Origin: Moniliella sp. 'wahieum' | Taxonomy: Eukaryota | Reading direction: 5' to 3' | Assembly: GCA_003971905.1 (NCBI GenBank) | Contig: RSEE01000107.1 | Coordinates: forward strand, 186,001-213,435 | Length of the DNA: 27,435 nt | Shown: positions 20,861 to 27,435 of the stretch, in pieces | Position numbering within the stretch: the stretch's first letter is position 1 | Layout: each line of letters starts with the position of its first letter | Program-made: the position numbers and the translations under genes | Notes under the pieces: model-generated | What the model saw: the letters and a program-made list of their open reading frames with translations, nothing else | Databases searched by the model: none | What the model was told of the DNA's origin: nothing

Positions 20861-22565
20861 ATGTCTGCATCCACGATCGAAGAGGCCAAACCCCTTTCCC
20901 TCAGCAAGTTGGAGAAGGAGGATGGATGAAAAGCAATATGAGGGTGAGGGGAGCGGGCCCAAGTGGCGGTGTACGAATTGAGCATCCTACTCACGAAGGG
21001 GACGCGGATGAGCTGGGAGGTGAAAAGACGGAGCTGCGCCGGATGAATTGGAAAGAAGGCGCGTGGTTGCTGCCAAAGCCCAGATCGGAAGTACGTCTTC
21101 CCCTCCCCCGTTTCCCACCCTTTTTCTCGCCGTATTCGTTCTGTTCTGTGGAGTGGGGGAGAGACTGACTAACAGGTGTACTTGTCTTGTTGGTATAGTT
21201 GGAATCCTCGGTATCCCTGCCACGTTTGGTACGTTGGGGTTTGTGCCGGGCCTGATCTCCCTGCTCTCTTGTGTGCCATCACGACGCTCTCGTCGTGGTA
21301 CATTGCCAAGATTCGGATGCGGTATCCGCACATTCATTCTGGCGACTTTGGGCAGATGATCTGGGGTCGTGTGGGGGGAGAAGTCTTTGGCTGGAGCTAC
21401 TGCATCGTCTTTATCCTCATTTCTGGTTCGGCAATCGAGTAAGTCACCTTTCCTCTCTCCACTGTTTGGCACTCTATTTCTAAGTTGGCCACATGCAAAC
21501 GAACATCGATCAGATACCCTCTGACACAAAGCATTGTATTGGCAGGACCTTGACAATCGCGTTTAATGCGATCACGCTCCATGGGCTTGTACGCTAGCCT
21601 TCGCCGGTATCGTAAACCGGGTTTCTCTGTATTGTCGGCTCGATTCTGCACGATGGAGCGAGTTGCGATCCTGTCGTATGTTGGTGATTTGTGTGATCGT
21701 ATCGGTGTGGGTGCAGACGATCGCGCTGCTGTCAGGGCAAGGGAGAAAGTCGGCCTGCCGGGGCGGGGAACGAGGTGGAGGCAGCGGTACGCTATCCTCT
21801 CTACAAGGCGATGAACGCCGTGTCGACGCAACTGTTTGCGTTGATGGGCACCACAGGTTTCTTCTCCATTTCGGCCGAGATGGAAAAGCCGTCGGATTTT
21901 CTCAAGTCAGTCTATGTCGGCCAAGGCTTTGTGTGCAGCACCTATGTTGTGATTGCCTGTCTGGTCTATGGGCGGGCAGGCAAGTGGCTTTCTTCCCCGT
22001 TCTCGCCACGGCAGGGCCGACCCTCAAAATTGTGTGTTATGGCATTGCCTTGTTTGGCTTGTTTGTCAGTGCCCTCTCCTCTCCCACATTGGGGCCAAGT
22101 ACATCTTCGTTCGTGCGCTGCGCGGGACACGGCATCTCAACCACGCTACCCCGGTACATTGGCTGGTCTGGTCAGGCTCCTTTTGCACCGTGCTGGTGAT
22201 CGGGTTTGTATAGCATGCGCGGTGCCTGTGTTTGATGACTTGCTCTCCCTCATTGGCGCGTTGACGGGGGGGTTCCTGGTGGTTGGCTGACAGGCCTGAT
22301 GGGCTTGTACATGCTTTCGCTGAGTTTGAACATCCCAATATGGGTACGGTGGTTTCGCCCTGCGGGAAAACCTGGATCAACGCGCTTGGAACCGCGCGTT
22401 CCACGACGGATCCAAAAAGGACAAGTTAATTTTTTGCGTCAGCGTCGCGCTCGTGGGAGCAGGGTGCTTTGTGACTGGGTGCGGGACGTATGCGGCGGCG
22501 GTGGCATGGCCAAAGACTCATCTACCTCTGGCCAACCCTTCTCGTGCAGGGACAACAGCGTTTGA
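20861..22565 (+). CDS. Amino-acid/auxin permease (Aa_trans; fungal Mtr-like neutral amino-acid transporter); frameshifted
   Basis: MNWK..AWLL.KAQIG|IGILGIPATFGTLGFVPG, RYPHIHS.D, AFNAITLHG.CT, FFSISAEMEKPSDFLKS, ACAVPVFDDLLSLIGAL, PFSCRDNSV*. Introns 21091-21198 and 21439-21545. Start 20861 (or 20922) is inferred. Confidence 0.9.
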
Positions 22566-23531
22566 ACACCTCGTTCCCCTTTCGTCGTTTGGTTCGAGAA
22601 GGGCAGGGGAGCGCTTGAACTTCCTCTCTTAATTCGATCCTGTGTGTGTGAATAACAATACTCTGGCAAAAGGACCCAGCAAAGAAGACAAGACTTGGAG
22701 AGGCTGCCGCTTTGCTTCACTCCCCCGCCACTACTAATACCTGATATCGGGTTCCATCGCAGTCTCCCACAATGACAAAAGTACTGTGCAAAATAGATAG
22801 GAATATAGGGAAGCTTGGCTCCAAAGTTTGGCTCTAAAGCTTGGCTGCACCGCTCACACACGCTTCCATTGATGCACAGCAACGTCTTTGGACCGTCAGG
22901 CACTCCCCAACCACATTTTCTGTTTCTCTCTTCTCTGGGGCGCCCCCGATACTTAGTACATCTTCTCTGAGGCCTGAGGCACGATGTTTCTATATTTGCC
23001 TAGCTCATCTGTTCCACTTCTTTTTGATCCATCATGCATCCGGCCATTTTCATGCCGAGGATCGGAATAGGTACCTACCTAGAACCACAGCCGCCCAAAT
23101 CCACAACAGCAGTTTCACAGGACTCAGGTCTCAGTAGATTGAGAAGGTCCGGACGGAGTGTGCTGCACCGGGCACATTGCTCTCATTTCTTCATTGGGGT
23201 CAATAATGATTGAATGATTAGGGGGTCGCGGGCATCATCGACATATCAGCCCGGTTACCCCCCGGCCTAAACGTAACGTGCACTACTGCAACCCCAAAAG
23301 CCTATGACGCGTACAGTATGATGCACCTTAGGGTAACCAAGACTGGCGTCTCGCCACTAATTCTCCAGTGGTGAACTATACGCGGAACGGACGCTAAAAG
23401 GACATGAGACAGGCATACCATTGTGGCTTGGGAGGTTGACAATACAAATAGGAGCCTGATCGGGGGCCTGAGGCAGGGAGAAGAACGGGTTTGCCGAATG
23501 AAAATGGGGACGTATAGCCTTGGGCCACGGA

Positions 23532-23614
23532 TCGTGGGTCGTGGGTCGTGGCTGTGGGTCGTGGGCTGTGGGTCGTGGGCTGTGGGTCGTGGGCTGTGGG
23601 TCGTGGGCTGTGGG
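23532..23614 (+). repeat. G-rich minisatellite of about 12 heptamers (TCGTGGG/CTGTGGG, 14-bp higher-order unit)
   Basis: Read directly: TCGTGGG x2, TCGTGG, then alternating CTGTGGG/TCGTGGG. Confidence 0.95.
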
Positions 23615-23689
23615 TCTTGGACCCATCGGACAAAAAGGAAAAGATGTAACTGACGTTCTGCAAAACACACAACACACAAAACACCGCAC

Positions 23690-26600
23690 CTACTGGGGCC
23701 CAGATGAGGCAGAGGAGGGGAGGGGAAAGAGTGGATCAGGTGAGACCCACGCTTTTTCTTGATACTCAAGCGTCTCAGCCGAGCCCCAAATCCACTTCCC
23801 TGCCTTCTTCTCCCCGTCGTCATGAGGATGGTGCGACCCACCCGGAACGGCGCGCCGCTCGCACCAGCCACCGAACTCGAGGTCGAGGTCGAGGTGCCCG
23901 TCCCCTTTCCCGACTGTGACTGTGACTGGGACTGTGGGTGTGGGTGTGACTGGGACTGGGACTGATGGTACATCCTTGGTCTCGCGGGTAGGGAAAGACA
24001 TGCGAGGGAAGGTTTGGTGGTGGGAGCCGGAGCGGCGCGGGACCAAATTGGGCTTGGTTGGGGTCGGGTCGGCCAAGGAGGCGATGGAAGTGAGGATGAC
24101 GGATGGATGGGTCGTAGTGAGGAGGAGAGGTGGAGGAAGAAGAGGGAAGGGCGGGACCGCCATGGCGCTCCATCGATGCCCTCTTGGTCTTGGGAGCTGG
24201 GGCGGGATGAGTGTGAGCGGCATCCTTAGGAAGCAGAGGCGGAAGCGGAGGTGGGGGCGCATCCGTACTGGAACTCGTCTTTTGTGGAACAGGTTCGACG
24301 CGCGGCGGGAGAGGGACTGACGACGCTTAGTAGGCGCAGCAGGCTTCTCCTCCTCGGTAGCAGCCAGCTTGTTCTCGGCTTCGTGACGGTGCGGCTGAAG
24401 AACTTCGAAGAGCGGGAACGAAGGGCGAGGGGTGGCGGTACTGCCCGTGTGCGCGTCCGATCCCACACGGTTGTGAATGGGAGAGGGTGTGGTACGAGGG
24501 GAAGAAACAGGAGGGGCATGGAAAGACGATTGCCTTTGCCTACTGATCCTGGTGTCCGCTCAGGCGGAGGCATGGAAACCGTGCCTTGCGCTTCGACAAG
24601 TCTGCTTCCTCACGTGACGCACGCGGGATCTTGGATGCCGGCGAGAGCGAGGACGACGGGGCGAGGGCGAGGCGAGGGCTCCCAGCGTTTCGTGTACGAA
24701 TCGTGTCGCTCTCCGGCGGGGATTGGGAGGCGTGGTGGGGATTCTGCTTGGCATGGCAGCTTGCTTCTCCGTCTCAGTCCCAGCCACGGGACGGCAAGGT
24801 GATCCTCCGCCACTTGGAGAGAAGGGAGCTTTCGCCGTGGGGGTAGACGGTACCGCAGGAAGCTCCTTTGCCAGTACAGATTCAACCGTTGGAGCGTGCT
24901 GAGAGTCACCAGCCAAAGACGCAGGAGGAAGCCGCTCAGGTGCAGGCTGAATGGAAGGCGAGGCAGTAGGAGGGGTGGTGTACCCGGTGCTCGTGCGACG
25001 GAGACGATCGACTGAGCTTCCGATGCGTCAAAAGGATCCGTTGTGGGTTTGACGGAAGAGCGGATACCTGCCGCTGTGGTAAAGCTTCCCGCGGACGAGG
25101 GAGACGAAGGAGACGAAGGTACATCCTTAGTAGCGATGGGGGTCAAGCTAGGCTCTTGTTCAACGCCAGAGAGATCGCTTGCCTTGTGATCAGGTTCACC
25201 GATTTCCAAGGCCGGTGCAGGTTAGTTTCCACGGGCCCTTGGACTTCCAAATCAGGCGTCAAGACTGTGCGGAAGTCGGTACATGTAGGATGTGGGCGTA
25301 TCCGGATGAGAGGCCACACTGTCAACGAAACCAGTTTGGGTGCTTGTCTGTTGTCCATGGGGCTCCGAGTCGGTGCTAGTTTTAGGAACGATTGGGTCAA
25401 GGTCACTCGAAGTAACGGCCGGCACCTCCGGGTCTCGATCTTTTCCTGAATATGACTCTGGCTGTCCTCCTTGGGAAGTTCGGGTGCAGACTGGGTAGGC
25501 GGCTGGGAATCCTCCTTGGGTAGTTCCGGCAGACTCAACGGGCGTCTGGATTTCGTCCTTGGGGATCTCGTGGGTCTCGTGAGTCTCGGGATCTCGGGGA
25601 TCTCGGGGATCTCGCGTGTAACTGAACAGGCGATTGGGCTTCCTTCGTGGGGGGCTCTACGCTGGGCAGGGCATGAACCTCATCAGCCTCCTTATGAACA
25701 TCATGTTGAGTAGGCTGAATGGGAGGGTGGGAATCCTCCTTGTGATCGGGCGTGGTCTGGATGGGAGCCTGGATATCCTTCTTGGGCTCGGCGTGGGCTG
25801 CAGTGGGGCGGTGCGAGAGCAACATGATCCGTAAGAGGAGACGACTCGTGAGTTCGAAGTGAATCCTTGTGTTCCAGGGAAGGAAGTGCCCCGTTCTTCA
25901 CTCCGGGACTCGTTTGAGGAAGCGGAGGTGGAGGAAGCAATGTGCTGGTATGTGTAGGTGTGCTTGCCAGCGTGGTACACATCATCCGTTTTGTTTACCC
26001 CTTCTTGTTCTTTTCGCTGAGTGCCTCCTTGGGTATGTGCTCCGTCTTTGGCGAAGGCTGGGAAGTCTTACTGGAAAGGGAGCTGCTGCCGGTGAGAGAA
26101 CGTGCCCTGCCACCCGGAGGTACGGGCGGGGGAGGGGGCCAAGAAGGCGGGGCCTGGGTCACTGCGCCGAAGTAGCCGATCCGAAAGGCGTAGCAGGTGA
26201 GGTAGGGGTTGCCATCAAGATCTTTGTACTCTTCCTGCGCGCGTGACCAGGGGCGTGCTTCGTCTCATTCACCTCGGGTGACTTTGCCCGACTGGCGGAA
26301 CGATGCTCTCCTTGTCCAGCACGTTGGGTTCCGGTTGAATGATTTGCGGTGCCGTTTTGACTTGTAGGGGCAGCGGTTCAAATTGATCGAAGGGGAAAGA
26401 GGCTTCACTGGCTTTTCCTCCACCAGGGCATCCTCCTCAGATGGGTTTTCCTCTTGCACGGGGACAGCAGCAACCTTCTCGTCAGGATTGGACACTGTGC
26501 TACCGATCCGGCCAATTTCTCTTCCGAGTCCGAGTTGGGAAACGACGGGGAAGTTCGGAGGCGGAGTGGCAGCTTTGGGTTCCTCCTCCGGAGGCAGGGG

Positions 26601-27198
26601 TTTTGATCGTCCACGAGGGCTCCGGGGGCATATCTTGAACATCGGACGTGGCCTCAGCTTGCACCTCAGGTTTCAACGCCGGTTGCTTTGAGACTTGGGC
26701 CCCTTGAATACCTCGCGGCGACTCGGGTGTTGCCGCGGGTTGGGGGAGTTGCGTTGTGGGCTGCGGTTGATGGGGCTTACTCTCTACAGCGAACGGGAGA
26801 TGTTTAGGAACGACAGCAGGGATGACATGGGTGGGTTCAAACCGTTGGTGGTAAGCGTGAATTCGGTTCTGGATAGGGTCAGGGCTGGTCAGTGACGAAC
26901 CTGGCACAAAGAGTGAAACGTACTCGTTGGCGGGGGGATCGCGGGTATTCTGCGTCTGTAACGGGAGCGGCAGGAGCGTGGTTGACAGGCTCTTGCTCGT
27001 CCTGGTGCTTTGTTCCTGGGTTGATCGGTCTCGGGGCAAGCTTAAGGAAAGCACTGCGCTTGGGGGCTTGCCTTCTGCTCATGTCGGCTTCTTGGGGGCC
27101 GGGGGCAAGCGGGAGGTGCGCCAGAGCATAGCCCACAGCCAGGGTGGAGACGCCGGCAACGAGGGTGAAGGCGAGCAGCGGCTTGTCCTGGCCAGCAT
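23690..27198 (-). CDS. Long Pro/Ser/Glu/Thr-rich, probably disordered protein with N-terminal hydrophobic anchor; many frameshifts
   Basis: Chain of overlapping low-complexity minus-strand ORFs. Canonical intron 26869-26923 (GTACGT..CTGAC..CAG). ATG 27198 is followed by KPLLAFTLVAGVSTLAVGYAL. Internal peptide repeats. Both ends uncertain. Confidence 0.55.
23912..23964 (-). repeat. Degenerate hexamer repeat (GACTGT/GACTGG/GGGTGT) within the long gene
   Basis: Encodes a dipeptide run (SQSQSHPHPQSQSQSQS, or VPVPVTPTPTVPVTVTV, depending on frame). Confidence 0.85.
25460..25614 (-). repeat. Coding tandem repeats: 42-bp unit (PELPKEDSQ...) and 9-bp unit (GAGATCCCC/GAGACCCAC, EIP/ETH)
   Basis: Two PELPKEDSQ copies at 25460-25535. 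Six 9-bp units at 25561-25614, one of them 1 nt short. Confidence 0.8.
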
Positions 27199-27435
27199 TG
27201 TGGGCAAGGACGGGAGGGGGGGGGTGGATGGAGGGACGGAGGGCGGGTGAAGGGCAGGGCGGGGTGGGTGCAGGTGTCCACGTGCGGAGGGTGACGGAGA
27301 GGAGGGGCCTGGGGCCAGCTGGGCGCTGTGCTCAGCGTTGGTCAGCGCACCCGACCGGCGGCAAGGCATGGCCAGGTAGCACCCCCCACGCGGTGCTTCC
27401 GGCGCATAGGCTAGCCTGCATGCACATTGGACTCC

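Noticed and set aside
23532..23614. CRISPR array or true telomere
   Set aside because: No unique spacers, the unit is not TTAGGG, and it is short and internal.

Overview
GC-rich, gene-dense eukaryotic DNA. Short 52-131 nt introns with GTACGT/GTGCGT/GTRAGT donors and CTRAC branch sites point to a fungus, probably a basidiomycete (lineage is inference). In order, the window holds: an APC/C subunit APC2 (+); a YIL108W-like zinc metallopeptidase with jacalin-like tail (-); an orphan spliced gene (+); a sorbitol/xylitol dehydrogenase (+); a Trm2/TrmA-family m5U methyltransferase homolog (-); an alpha/beta hydrolase (-); methionine aminopeptidase 2 (-); a UAS-UBX protein (+); RPS18 (+); an Mtr-type amino-acid transporter (+); and a long signal-anchored low-complexity protein (-). 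Nearly every gene except RPS18 is broken by small indels, mostly in homopolymers, which most likely reflects an unpolished assembly, so gene models were stitched by eye across frames. The most notable observation is the Trm2 homolog: it has lost three catalytic residues (Cys nucleophile, motif IV Asp, motif X Gln) but keeps its SAM-binding and Fe-S motifs, making it a candidate pseudoenzyme. Also notable: APC2 appears to lack its C-terminal WHB domain and runs into the convergent peptidase, and a TATA-preceded twin-hairpin element lies between the hydrolase and MAP2. No database searches were possible.
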